Source: an uncultured virus (IMG/VR IMGVR_UViG_3300005193_000001)
Lineage: Duplodnaviria > Heunggongvirae > Uroviricota > Caudoviricetes
Virus record (IMG/VR): IMGVR_UViG_3300005193_000001
Span: 1 to 64,000 of that record
Length of the DNA stretch: 64,000 nucleotides
Strand: one strand, 5' to 3'
In this document: piece by piece, positions 29,114 through 37,959 of the stretch
Numbering within the stretch: the first letter of the stretch is position 1
Layout: each line of letters starts with the position of its first letter
Notes under the pieces: model-generated
Databases searched by the model: none
What the model saw: only the letters and a program-made list of their open reading frames with translations
Told to the model about the DNA's origin: nothing
Translations under genes and position numbers: made by a program

Positions 29114-29554
29114 TTAGATATCGTCTTGTTCCGAGTTCAAGAAAGCTTCATCGTCGTCAAGATCGATAATATCAAAGAGTTGAGTATCTATCTTCTGAAA
29201 TTCACCGTTGTTCGTGACGAGAAGAGAATTTCTATAATCTTTCCAGGGAACCGGATAAGTCTCGTCCAACTCGCCATCGTTAAGATATTCGATGAGCTTG
29301 TTGAGAGCGTTGATGGTGTACAAAGTGTCCGTTTCTCGTTTACGGTGTATAGAAATGGTCTTGTCCAGGTAGTCTTCGTACCTGTCTCGTTTGATGTTGT
29401 AGGTGCAGAACAACTCGTTAGGCTCCCTCATGTTCTGAAGGACGAAAACTCTACCATGAACGATTTCGTAATGGTCCACGATAGCTCGAATAGTCCTCTT
29501 ATGATCACCCTTACGAGTGAACGTGCATAGCAGTTGTGTATCCTCTTCTGACAC
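29114..29554 (-). CDS. conserved phage hypothetical protein
   Basis: LLCTF...TYNI...HRKRETDTLYTINALN...W.DYRNSLL, recalled from large T4-like phages of Bacteroidota/Rhodothermota. Confidence 0.65.
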   Translation of the reverse strand: MSEEDTQLLCTFTRKGDHKRTIRAIVDHYEIVHGRVFVLQNMREPNELFCTYNIKRDRYEDYLDKTISIHRKRETDTLYTINALNKLIEYLNDGELDETYPVPWKDYRNSLLVTNNGEFQKIDTQLFDIIDLDDDEAFLNSEQDDI

Positions 29555-29613
29555 GATACTTCGGTTGGTTCTTATCGTTCAAAGTTATGTATCGTGACAG
29601 GAAACGGAATGAC

Positions 29614-30930
29614 TCAAACGGCATCGGCCATCGTGGTGCCTCTGGAGGTCTTGACCTTCATTGTGTCGTCACTCATAACGTCGGTGGCTATCGATTTTAC
29701 TTTCTCCACCTCGTCTTCCGGACAATCAAAGAGGATAGAGTCGTAAGTGTAGAGAGAAGGAATCGACCTCATGTCCGAGAGCCGATTGAATATCTCCTTC
29801 ATCCGTTCCGTGTTATACTCGGTTTCGTAAGCCTGTATAGTATAGTTGAAGGCTTTAGCTGGGTTAAACCCATTTATCTTTGTTGCCGTTATTTGTCTTC
29901 TGTAAAGCGGAGTAGAAATCAACCCATATTCCTTGTACACGCTCCAAATATCTTCGGTCAGTTCTTTGACACCACGAAAGAAATCGAGTTCCAAGACTTC
30001 TTCGGGCATACCCCAAGGATTGTAAATCAGTCTGAAAGTAAGTTCTTTAGACTCTTTGTATTCTTCGTCGTTAAGCTTTTGCTTGTCGAAATAAAGGCGT
30101 CCGAGGTGCTTGTGAAAGCTATACTCGGGGGCGTCGTAATCGATAAGATTCGAAACGAGACGAAGATGAAATCCGTCGTAGTCCACGTTCAAGAGAACGC
30201 CGTCGTCAAACCTGCTAACAATCGCTTCCCTCTCTTCCGGGTCCAGAGCAGCGTAGTTCACACCGTGATTAGCGTTAGAGGGACGTCCGGTAGAGGTGTA
30301 GAAATTGTATTTAGAATAAACGAGATCGTCTTCGTCCAGAAGATCAAGTGGACCCAACCTGTCCTCGAAGACTTCGGGGTCCACGCGGGTACCGTGCCGT
30401 TCAAGACGAAAAAAGGTCTCCAGCATATCGCCATTGTATTTTCTGAATGGAGTCTTGTCTAATGCAGACCCGTCTTCGTCTAATATGCGTTCACACCTGT
30501 CTATGCGGTTCTGCGAAATCTCGGCCAACCTCATCAAAGGACGATGAAGATTCTTGGCGTCTCGGGGGAAGAGAGAAGGGGTCGAAAGTTCCGGTGGTTC
30601 GTTGTGCTGGAAGTAATAGAGAAGAGAACAGTCCACGAGATCGCGGAATGGAACTAAGTGAAGGATTCTCTTCTTGTTTAGACAGAACTTGTCGTCCCCG
30701 GTATTAAGTTCCAGCAGAAGCTTGGGATTTATGCAAGTAGCGTCGTTGTGGGCCACTGGTATCAAAGCTTCTCGGTTTCCCGCTCTTACCAACACAAAAC
30801 ACACGCTGGATTTGGCGGGGTCAACGTCACCACGAGTTTGAACGGCATCGAGAAATACTCGGCCATCGAAGCTTTCGTAGTGCTCCAGAAAGTCGTAGAA
30901 TTGCTCTTCTGTTTCAACCGTTTCTTTCAT
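29614..30930 (-). CDS. family A DNA polymerase-like protein (compact)
   Basis: TGRPSN, motif A VDYDGFHLRL, motif B SKELTFRLIY, FNYTIQAYE, motif C YTYDSILFD. Confidence 0.8.
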   Translation of the reverse strand: MKETVETEEQFYDFLEHYESFDGRVFLDAVQTRGDVDPAKSSVCFVLVRAGNREALIPVAHNDATCINPKLLLELNTGDDKFCLNKKRILHLVPFRDLVDCSLLYYFQHNEPPELSTPSLFPRDAKNLHRPLMRLAEISQNRIDRCERILDEDGSALDKTPFRKYNGDMLETFFRLERHGTRVDPEVFEDRLGPLDLLDEDDLVYSKYNFYTSTGRPSNANHGVNYAALDPEEREAIVSRFDDGVLLNVDYDGFHLRLVSNLIDYDAPEYSFHKHLGRLYFDKQKLNDEEYKESKELTFRLIYNPWGMPEEVLELDFFRGVKELTEDIWSVYKEYGLISTPLYRRQITATKINGFNPAKAFNYTIQAYETEYNTERMKEIFNRLSDMRSIPSLYTYDSILFDCPEDEVEKVKSIATDVMSDDTMKVKTSRGTTMADAV

Positions 30931-31309
30931 CCCAGAATTGAAGTGGGTCAGAAAGCTTTTCTTTTATGCCTTGGTTCTCTTTCGAGATTCGATCCAGAGT
31001 CCTGAGATTCGTGTCTTCGACTCCGCTGCGAATTTGAAATCCGGCATCGTTAAAAACGTCATTCCTGGGTCCCGAGATCCGCCACTTCAATGAAAATCTG
31101 ATGAAGAATCGGCTCGTATTGAATCTACCGTAGCTCCCTTCTCCTACCTCCACGATTTTTCGGGTACCTCGACGACGAACGAAGAACCTTTCGAACCAAG
31201 TACGCTCATAGTCGGCCTCCGTAGGCTGTGGTGTAATCTCTTCCGGGAATTCTTCGGTCGTGTTGGTGTAGCGTTCGTTAGAAGAATCTAAGTAGCTATC
31301 GATGGTCAT
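30914..31309 (-). CDS. conserved phage hypothetical protein (baseplate region)
   Basis: PQPT..DY....FERFFV...LKWRISG. Confidence 0.6.
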   Translation of the reverse strand: MTIDSYLDSSNERYTNTTEEFPEEITPQPTEADYERTWFERFFVRRRGTRKIVEVGEGSYGRFNTSRFFIRFSLKWRISGPRNDVFNDAGFQIRSGVEDTNLRTLDRISKENQGIKEKLSDPLQFWDERNG

Positions 31310-31839
31310 TATATTTCTATCGTGTCAACGTTCCGTGGAGGAAGAATTCGTACCCTTTTGAGAAGTGCTTCCTTCCCGTCGTGATTGATGTTCACGAAGT
31401 CTTCGAGGTCCGAAACGTAAGCGTCAAGGAATTCGGAGGGCGACTCTTCCAGAGCGGCTATGGTATCAAAGTCGAGATCTCCAGTAGACCGAACGTCTCT
31501 CCCGATACGATTCAAGGAGTCCTGAGCAACCCCGAAAGCATCCGAAGCCGAGAACAAGATGTGGGTATCAAATATCTTAGCGGCAACGGTTCCGACCTCT
31601 AACCCTGGATAGTTGTGAAACGTCCATTCGCGTTCTCGAAGAATACCTTCCGCTTCCCTTCTGTTCAAGGATTCCAAGTCCACGAAAGGAAATCTAGACT
31701 CTCGAACACCAAATCGGGTCTTTGTTCCATCCCTAACCAGCCGTTCTACGAGCCTTGGCCCTTCGTTCTGAATCATAAATCCGGCAGAATACCGAAATCT
31801 ATCGATCTCCGATATTTGCTCGTCAATTTCCGAAGCCAT
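31309..31839 (-). CDS. GH108 lysozyme-like protein (degenerate)
   Basis: NEG...DG.KTRFGV...L...EA..I...W...VA..IFD layout. Confidence 0.45.
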   Translation of the reverse strand: MASEIDEQISEIDRFRYSAGFMIQNEGPRLVERLVRDGTKTRFGVRESRFPFVDLESLNRREAEGILREREWTFHNYPGLEVGTVAAKIFDTHILFSASDAFGVAQDSLNRIGRDVRSTGDLDFDTIAALEESPSEFLDAYVSDLEDFVNINHDGKEALLKRVRILPPRNVDTIEI

Positions 31840-34075
31840 CTTCCAAGTTTAGTATATTTCTTACAACGAACTTCGCTTTGATTTCGGTGGTCCAATCGTC
31901 CTGAGAAACGTCGTGAGTGACGCTCTCGATGGTATAAATACCAGAAGAATTAAAGAATCTGGGCAGATTCGTAATGTCGAAGACCTGATAACCAGTGAGG
32001 CCCCCTATCCCATCTAAGGTAAGTTGAGCGTTGAAGTTGATCACTTTATTAGCGTTCTGGGCGGAGTGTTCGCTCTCATCAGCCTGTAACTTACGGTTCA
32101 GGTTAGCTGCCGGAACCGTAGCGTTCTCAGCCTCTCCAGGAATTCTGTAGGTCATGAACTTAAAGTTCTGTGACCCTTGACCTCTCGGGGCGGCAATCTC
32201 GGCCTCTCTCGTGTTCTCGCGCAAATCCTCAATGTCGGGAAGAAAAGGACTCAAAAGTATGTTTGCGTTGCTAGCTCTCTGATTTTCGAGATCCAGAAGG
32301 CCAACGGTAGGAGGAGAGCCCCCATGAGAAGAGGTGTCAGAAGTCTCCGTTTGTTCCGTGGGCTCGTTGCCTCTCTGTCGCTTCAAGTTAGACAAAATAA
32401 CATCTCTACCGCTAACGTGCTTCTTAAAGAACTGAGCCGTAGAGTCGTCTCGACTGTTCTGGGCCGCGTTTTCGTCCGCACCAGTTAACTCAGAGTTCGT
32501 CTGGGCTACTACCTGCTGTTCCATCAGATTGTCAAGATTCGTATCAACGTTCCAATCCCTAAGAATGGAGCTCTCTGAGTTCGGTTTGAATTCGAAAAGT
32601 TGGTCGTCATCTAAGAACTGACTCGCGGTCTTGTCGGGAACCGCGTTGTTGTCGATAATTTTTATCAAATTAGAGTCGGCCACCATTTCAAAGTCCCAAA
32701 TTTCGAATGCGGCGGCGGAAACCCTTTCCAGGAGGTATTTCAAAGCATCAAATATGTTTTCGTTAAGACGAAAGGCTTCTATTACGGTTTCGTGGTTCAT
32801 ATAAATGTTATGCATGAATCCCCGCCTAAAGCCTTCGGAACCGCTGTTTATGCTAAAATCATCGCTAAAGTATTCAGATACCGCAGATTTGTCACTAAGT
32901 TGCCTAAATTGGGGATTTTGAGAAGCCGCACGGTTTCCAGCGGCAACGAGGAAGACGAGAGGGTCAAGAGAACGTAGGTTCACCGGGCTTCCATCTTGAA
33001 AGTTTTGGCCTTCTTCGACGTAATTCGATATAACGGAAGAACCGGAGTCAAGCTTAAATGTAGAAACGTTGTTTTCTTCACTTACGAGACTTGCGTGGCG
33101 GTTAACGAGTCGTTCTAGAAGTCCCCAACTGATAAAAAATACCCCCGCAGTATCGGAGTCGTCAGATCTGGAAACACTACCTCCGATCACGCTATCACTG
33201 ACTACCTTAACTATGTCTTTGTCTTTTACGATCTGGTCCGTGTCGGAAGCTTGCCATTGATCACTAAGGAAAAGCTCAAATCGCTGTTGAAGAAACTCAT
33301 AAAAGGTCTTTCGAACCCGAGAACTACTTCCCTCCTGTTCGGTTTCGGATCTTCGGCTCTGTTGCGTTCGAGCCCTCGTGTGTATCATGGTGTTCGAGAC
33401 GTGCTTAATCTCGGTAGTGCAATTGTATTGTCCCCCCTCTGCAGCAGAAATGTTGAAATCAACTATTGAACCGACTATAAAAGAGTATCTACCTTCTCCC
33501 TTTCTAAGCTTTTCATACTTCGGGTGATCGTATCGAGTCAAAAAGTCCAAGTCCCTTTCTCTCTGGTCTCGTTGCGTATTTCCGCCTTCCGTTCTGTCTT
33601 CAGGTTCAAGTTGGGAGAAAATTTCCGTAACTTCGTCAACGTCGGCAACGTTAACGGTAGAATTTTCGGGCATGTCGGACCAGCCCCAATCCACGACTAC
33701 GGTTCTTCCCATATTCAAAAAGTAAGGGAACAGATCCTCGACCTGCTCTATCGAATTGGCGACCCACTCCACCTGACAGTCCAGACTCTCCATCTTTTCC
33801 TCGACGTTTATCGAGTTGATGGTAGGTTCGGCACGAAATAGTTCTCCGGTATCGGACTCCCTGTTGTAGAGATTCTGGAAACCAAACTTCAACTCGTCTT
33901 CAAGATCAAGAGAACCGCCCATTAGAATCTTCCTGTTTCCATTGTCGGGCTTGAAATTGGAAGTCATTCTCATCCACGGGCTCTTCGGTTTCTGAAGCTG
34001 AATACGGTCGTCCCGCCTCGTTTCGAGTTCGTCGGTAACGAATCTCTGGAATGGAGCAAAGAGAAGTTGTGACAT
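31823..34075 (-). CDS. baseplate hub-like structural protein
   Basis: Position in the tail module; C-terminal LTLDGIGG...F.I...P...Y.I..V.H.V...W.T. Confidence 0.6.
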   Translation of the reverse strand: MSQLLFAPFQRFVTDELETRRDDRIQLQKPKSPWMRMTSNFKPDNGNRKILMGGSLDLEDELKFGFQNLYNRESDTGELFRAEPTINSINVEEKMESLDCQVEWVANSIEQVEDLFPYFLNMGRTVVVDWGWSDMPENSTVNVADVDEVTEIFSQLEPEDRTEGGNTQRDQRERDLDFLTRYDHPKYEKLRKGEGRYSFIVGSIVDFNISAAEGGQYNCTTEIKHVSNTMIHTRARTQQSRRSETEQEGSSSRVRKTFYEFLQQRFELFLSDQWQASDTDQIVKDKDIVKVVSDSVIGGSVSRSDDSDTAGVFFISWGLLERLVNRHASLVSEENNVSTFKLDSGSSVISNYVEEGQNFQDGSPVNLRSLDPLVFLVAAGNRAASQNPQFRQLSDKSAVSEYFSDDFSINSGSEGFRRGFMHNIYMNHETVIEAFRLNENIFDALKYLLERVSAAAFEIWDFEMVADSNLIKIIDNNAVPDKTASQFLDDDQLFEFKPNSESSILRDWNVDTNLDNLMEQQVVAQTNSELTGADENAAQNSRDDSTAQFFKKHVSGRDVILSNLKRQRGNEPTEQTETSDTSSHGGSPPTVGLLDLENQRASNANILLSPFLPDIEDLRENTREAEIAAPRGQGSQNFKFMTYRIPGEAENATVPAANLNRKLQADESEHSAQNANKVINFNAQLTLDGIGGLTGYQVFDITNLPRFFNSSGIYTIESVTHDVSQDDWTTEIKAKFVVRNILNLEDGFGN

Positions 34076-34079
34076 AAAA

Positions 34080-34379
34080 CTATCTGTCGTTTATTCTTCG
34101 AAGTTCATCAAACACCTTGGACTCGTTTCGGGGGATGCGAAGCCTCGTGTTAGCGGGAACCGTGAGATCCCCGCGTCCCAAGTTATTGGCTGCGGCTATG
34201 ATCCACCAAAGAGTAGCATCACCATACTGCCTGAACGCTATACGATCAAGCCTTTGCCCGGACTCGGTGTTTATAACGATATCGTTTTCGCTTCTGTCCA
34301 CGTCCGGTAGAAGGGTAGACTCGAAGAATCGGTCTCCATTCTCTTCTAGAATTTCGGTATCGTCGTATCTTGAAGACAT
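34080..34379 (-). CDS. baseplate wedge / LysM protein (gp53 / P2 X-like)
   Basis: RLDRIAFRQYGDATLWWIIAAAN...LRIP. Confidence 0.85.
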   Translation of the reverse strand: MSSRYDDTEILEENGDRFFESTLLPDVDRSENDIVINTESGQRLDRIAFRQYGDATLWWIIAAANNLGRGDLTVPANTRLRIPRNESKVFDELRRINDR

Positions 34380-34382
34380 ATG

Positions 34383-37300
34383 TTAAGGGGTTCTAAATTC
34401 AGGGTCAGTTCTGCTGCTGTCGGGAGTTCCGGAGCTCTTGTCGAATTCAGGGTACGAACCACCGTCTCCAACGAGTTCATCTGCAGCGGATTCGAGATCG
34501 GGCGGAGCGTCCCTCGGTGGTTCGTCCGTTTCCCCACGACTGACGGGATCAACAGGCTCGGGGGGCTGAGTGGTGGCGTTGGCCCTCGACCTTTCGTCAA
34601 GGAACGGAGCGTCGTAAAACTTCTGACGAGCAACGGGTACGCGCTTCTGAATTACTTGCCAATCAACGTCAACCTCGATGCCTTTGGGCAATCTTCCGAC
34701 CTCGGGATTGATCTCCCAATCCATGTCTTCATTCACGGAAATCGTGAGGCTGTTGAAATACCCGAAAACGTCGTTGAACATGTCTCCGATTGTAAGTCGA
34801 AGGAAAGGCGGAACCATGTAGGAGCCTCCACCACGAGCGGGTTCGTATTGAGCGGGTGTAGTGAGCCCCTTGAGATAGTTGAGCTTTTCCCAAATGACTT
34901 CGAACTCGGTTTCGGAAAAAGGCACCACCTGAAAAGAAAAACTGATGGTGTTCGAGTATCCGCTGTATCTATGTGCTTGTTCGGGTCTCCCGCTATACCC
35001 TTGCTGCGACCACTCTGGAGACAAGTTGTCACTTATGCCCTCCAAGAAAGCCCGAAAGATGATCCTGCCTTCGTTCGGTATATCAATGAATTTGAAAGGG
35101 ATAAGATCACTGTATCTGTTCTCTTCGGGTCCGAATTCTTCGGCTTCAAGGTTAACGTCGGGACCAATGGCGGGGGGCTCAGCATTTACAAGATCGAGAT
35201 ACTTTTGTGGCGTCGATTCGTCCCCGACTCTAGCCCTAACTGAGTAGTTGGGAAGACCTCGGCTTCTGCTGTTGTCCTGAACACCACGATGAAGAGGAGT
35301 GGTGGGTCTATCACCTTCATCGCTCCTCACCACCCTGTTCTCGTAAAATACCTCGGGATCGGTAGATCTATTCTGCATCAAAGTTCTGACTGTTCCGTCT
35401 CCAAAGACCCTTTCCGTCTGATTCAAGGTCCTGTCGGGGTCGTGGAACGGGAACGGGGCTCCATCGTTTTGTATGGTACGAACAAGGTCGATAATAGGGG
35501 TAGCCTGTTCTCCGAGACGAGGAGGTACGAATCCTTCCGGCCCAAAAGAATCTCGATTATGCACCTGCTCCACGTTCAAAACGTAAGGAGCGCTGGGGTG
35601 GTAAGTGTCAACGAGCTTTCTCCCTTCTGAATTCGGACCTCCTTGTGGATCGTAATCCTTAGTGAAGAGATATCCGGTAAGCTGTCGAAGACTAAATGCG
35701 GCACCAAATGCAGCCAAGCTCTCCTTTTCCGCTGTGCTCGTTATGGGAAGAACGTTAGAAGACTGAGCTTCCAGACGCTCCTGCACGCGATCACGAGCCT
35801 CTTCTCCCTTGGCATCGGGGAGCGCTCTCTGTGCTACGGGAGAAAGCCAGAACAGGTTTCCTCTTAGCTCTCCCCATTCAGTTTGAACGGACCTGTCATC
35901 GAGTTCGTCCTCATACCTGCTACTTTCGGGGATATCGAAAAGCGCGGAAGCGGCAGAACCAACCACTCCACCGCCGTCCAAGTGTCGGGTGATGCCAAGT
36001 CCCGGCCTGTCGGTCATACCAACAGCAGCGGTAGCGGGAAGAGAAGAGGGGTCGTAGATTCTAGTTCTTCGACGTGGATTTTGCTGTTGCAAGAACTGCT
36101 GACGGGCGTTGTAAAGCAAACCTCTAGCACTTCCGAGAAAACGCCCAATACGAACCGTGTCTTCTGCCACCGAACCAATCGGAGCTTCACGACTGTCCCC
36201 CTGCTTCAAGTTCTGAGTGAAGCTGTTACCTCCACCAGCTTCAGGGCGACGAAGTACGAAAGGGGCACCCTGATCTTGGGCAATAGTGAAGAACTGATCG
36301 AAGTCCCCTATTCTCTCTTCGCGATTGAGGCGATCAATGTCGTCTTCACCTCTTCCACGTGGTCTAGAACCGGGGAAGCGGTCGGGTTGATTATCGTCGT
36401 TCTGTCCTATGTTCCCTTCGGCTTCAACCCTGCTTGGAGCTCTGTCGTCGTCCGCTTCTACGTTACCATCGGTTTCGGTCTCTTCAGGTCTTGAGTCCTC
36501 GCCCTCGATGTTACCGACGTTCTGGACATTTTCAGGTGGCAAGTCTTCAGCCTCAATGTTACCCGTGTTCTGAACGTCTTCGGGTCCTAGATCCTCGGCA
36601 TCGATATTCCCGACGTTCTGTACATTATCAGGTCTTAGATCGTCGCCTTCGATGTTGCCTTCGGTTTCCGGTTCTTCCGGCCTGTTCTCCTCTTTCGTAT
36701 TAATGTTATCGTCGGGATCAACGTCCTCGGGCCTGTTTTCCTGTCCAGAAGCTATGTTGTCATCAGTGTCGGGTTCCGAAGGACGTTTTTCGTCTCTGGG
36801 ACTTATGTTATCTTCAGTACGAGGTTCAGCGGGGCGCTCTTCATCCCTCGGGCCAATGTTGCCCCCGGTATTCGGAGAATTTGGCCTTTCCTCTTGCCTC
36901 GATTCTATGTTATCTTCGGTTTCGGTCTCTTCCGGACGACGATCCGGGCGCTGTTCAATGTTCTCTTCAGTTTCGGCATCCTCGGGACGACGTTCTTGCC
37001 TGGATTCTATGTTTTCTTCTGTCTCTGCTTCTTCGGGTCGGCGGTCGGGACTCTGTTGTATGTTGCCATCGGTCTCAGCACCTCCAGGGCGCTCGTCTTC
37101 TCGGGTTTCGATGCCGCCCTCCAGTTCCGTGGAATCCGGACGGCGATCAGGCTGTTGATCGATGTTTCCTTCCGTACGGGGATCGTCTGGGCCGCTGTCG
37201 TCGTCAGCTTCTATGTTGCCCTCCCGCTCCACGTTTTCCGGACCGTCTTCGTTGAGATCGATGTTGCCTTCGGCGTTTACGCTTCCGGGACGCTGATCGT

Positions 37301-37955
37301 CCCTTTGATCTACGTTTCCTCTTACGTCGGCGTCGTCTGGTTGTGCATCCCGACGAGCACCTACATTTCCGTCCGCGTCCACGTCCCGTGGACGATTTTC
37401 GTCTCTGGAACTTATGTTGTCCTCAACGGAAGCGTCGTCGGGGCGCTCGAATTCTCTCGCTTCTATGAGCCCATCTCTGTCCGGAATTCCAGGTTGATTC
37501 TCGGTCTTCGGCGTTATCACACCATCGGAGTCCACGTCGTCCGGCTTTCTTTCTCTTCGGCTTTCTATGTTGTCCTCGTTCTGAGGCTCTTGGGGACGTT
37601 TACTGCGGTCAGACTCTATGTTTCCGGATTGCTTGAATTCGCCAGAGGTCTTGTCAAATTCTCTTGGCTGAATGTTTCCTCGGCGTTGTGGGGAATCCGG
37701 GGCTCTGTCGGACTTTTCTATGTTGTCAAATGCAGAACTATCTCTTTCTTCTCTCCCTCTGGACTCAATCGAGGACCTGTCAGGCGGGGAAGGTCTGTTC
37801 TCATCTTCAGGGCTTATATTGTTTCGTTGTTGCGCCCTGTCGGGACGGTTGGAATCCGGAGAGTCGATATTATCTTCGTTTTTAGGCTCGTCGGGAATGT
37901 CCCTTTCGCCTTCTTTGATAAATTCGTCTAGATCTCGAAAAAGTTTTTTGCCCAT
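34383..37955 (-). CDS. baseplate / tail-tube initiator-like protein with a long N-terminal repeat region
   Basis: C-terminal FRAFL..ISD..SP.W...Y.GRPE...Y.G..NTISFSF...KLNYL...P...LTIGD; located between the tape measure and LysM genes. Confidence 0.7.
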   Translation of the reverse strand: MGKKLFRDLDEFIKEGERDIPDEPKNEDNIDSPDSNRPDRAQQRNNISPEDENRPSPPDRSSIESRGREERDSSAFDNIEKSDRAPDSPQRRGNIQPREFDKTSGEFKQSGNIESDRSKRPQEPQNEDNIESRRERKPDDVDSDGVITPKTENQPGIPDRDGLIEAREFERPDDASVEDNISSRDENRPRDVDADGNVGARRDAQPDDADVRGNVDQRDDQRPGSVNAEGNIDLNEDGPENVEREGNIEADDDSGPDDPRTEGNIDQQPDRRPDSTELEGGIETREDERPGGAETDGNIQQSPDRRPEEAETEENIESRQERRPEDAETEENIEQRPDRRPEETETEDNIESRQEERPNSPNTGGNIGPRDEERPAEPRTEDNISPRDEKRPSEPDTDDNIASGQENRPEDVDPDDNINTKEENRPEEPETEGNIEGDDLRPDNVQNVGNIDAEDLGPEDVQNTGNIEAEDLPPENVQNVGNIEGEDSRPEETETDGNVEADDDRAPSRVEAEGNIGQNDDNQPDRFPGSRPRGRGEDDIDRLNREERIGDFDQFFTIAQDQGAPFVLRRPEAGGGNSFTQNLKQGDSREAPIGSVAEDTVRIGRFLGSARGLLYNARQQFLQQQNPRRRTRIYDPSSLPATAAVGMTDRPGLGITRHLDGGGVVGSAASALFDIPESSRYEDELDDRSVQTEWGELRGNLFWLSPVAQRALPDAKGEEARDRVQERLEAQSSNVLPITSTAEKESLAAFGAAFSLRQLTGYLFTKDYDPQGGPNSEGRKLVDTYHPSAPYVLNVEQVHNRDSFGPEGFVPPRLGEQATPIIDLVRTIQNDGAPFPFHDPDRTLNQTERVFGDGTVRTLMQNRSTDPEVFYENRVVRSDEGDRPTTPLHRGVQDNSRSRGLPNYSVRARVGDESTPQKYLDLVNAEPPAIGPDVNLEAEEFGPEENRYSDLIPFKFIDIPNEGRIIFRAFLEGISDNLSPEWSQQGYSGRPEQAHRYSGYSNTISFSFQVVPFSETEFEVIWEKLNYLKGLTTPAQYEPARGGGSYMVPPFLRLTIGDMFNDVFGYFNSLTISVNEDMDWEINPEVGRLPKGIEVDVDWQVIQKRVPVARQKFYDAPFLDERSRANATTQPPEPVDPVSRGETDEPPRDAPPDLESAADELVGDGGSYPEFDKSSGTPDSSRTDPEFRTP
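36384..37874 (-). repeat. about 30 tandem 16-17-aa (48-51-nt) repeats, consensus (G/D/E)NI.....RP....E
   Basis: Counted by eye in the translation, e.g. ENIESRQERRPEDAETE / ENIEQRPDRRPEETETE. Confidence 0.9.
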
Positions 37956-37959
37956 TCGT

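Noticed and set aside
36384..37874. Possible CRISPR array or DGR template in the periodic DNA
   Set aside because: Repeats are degenerate, in-frame protein repeats with no constant repeat-spacer structure; no cas or reverse transcriptase gene was seen
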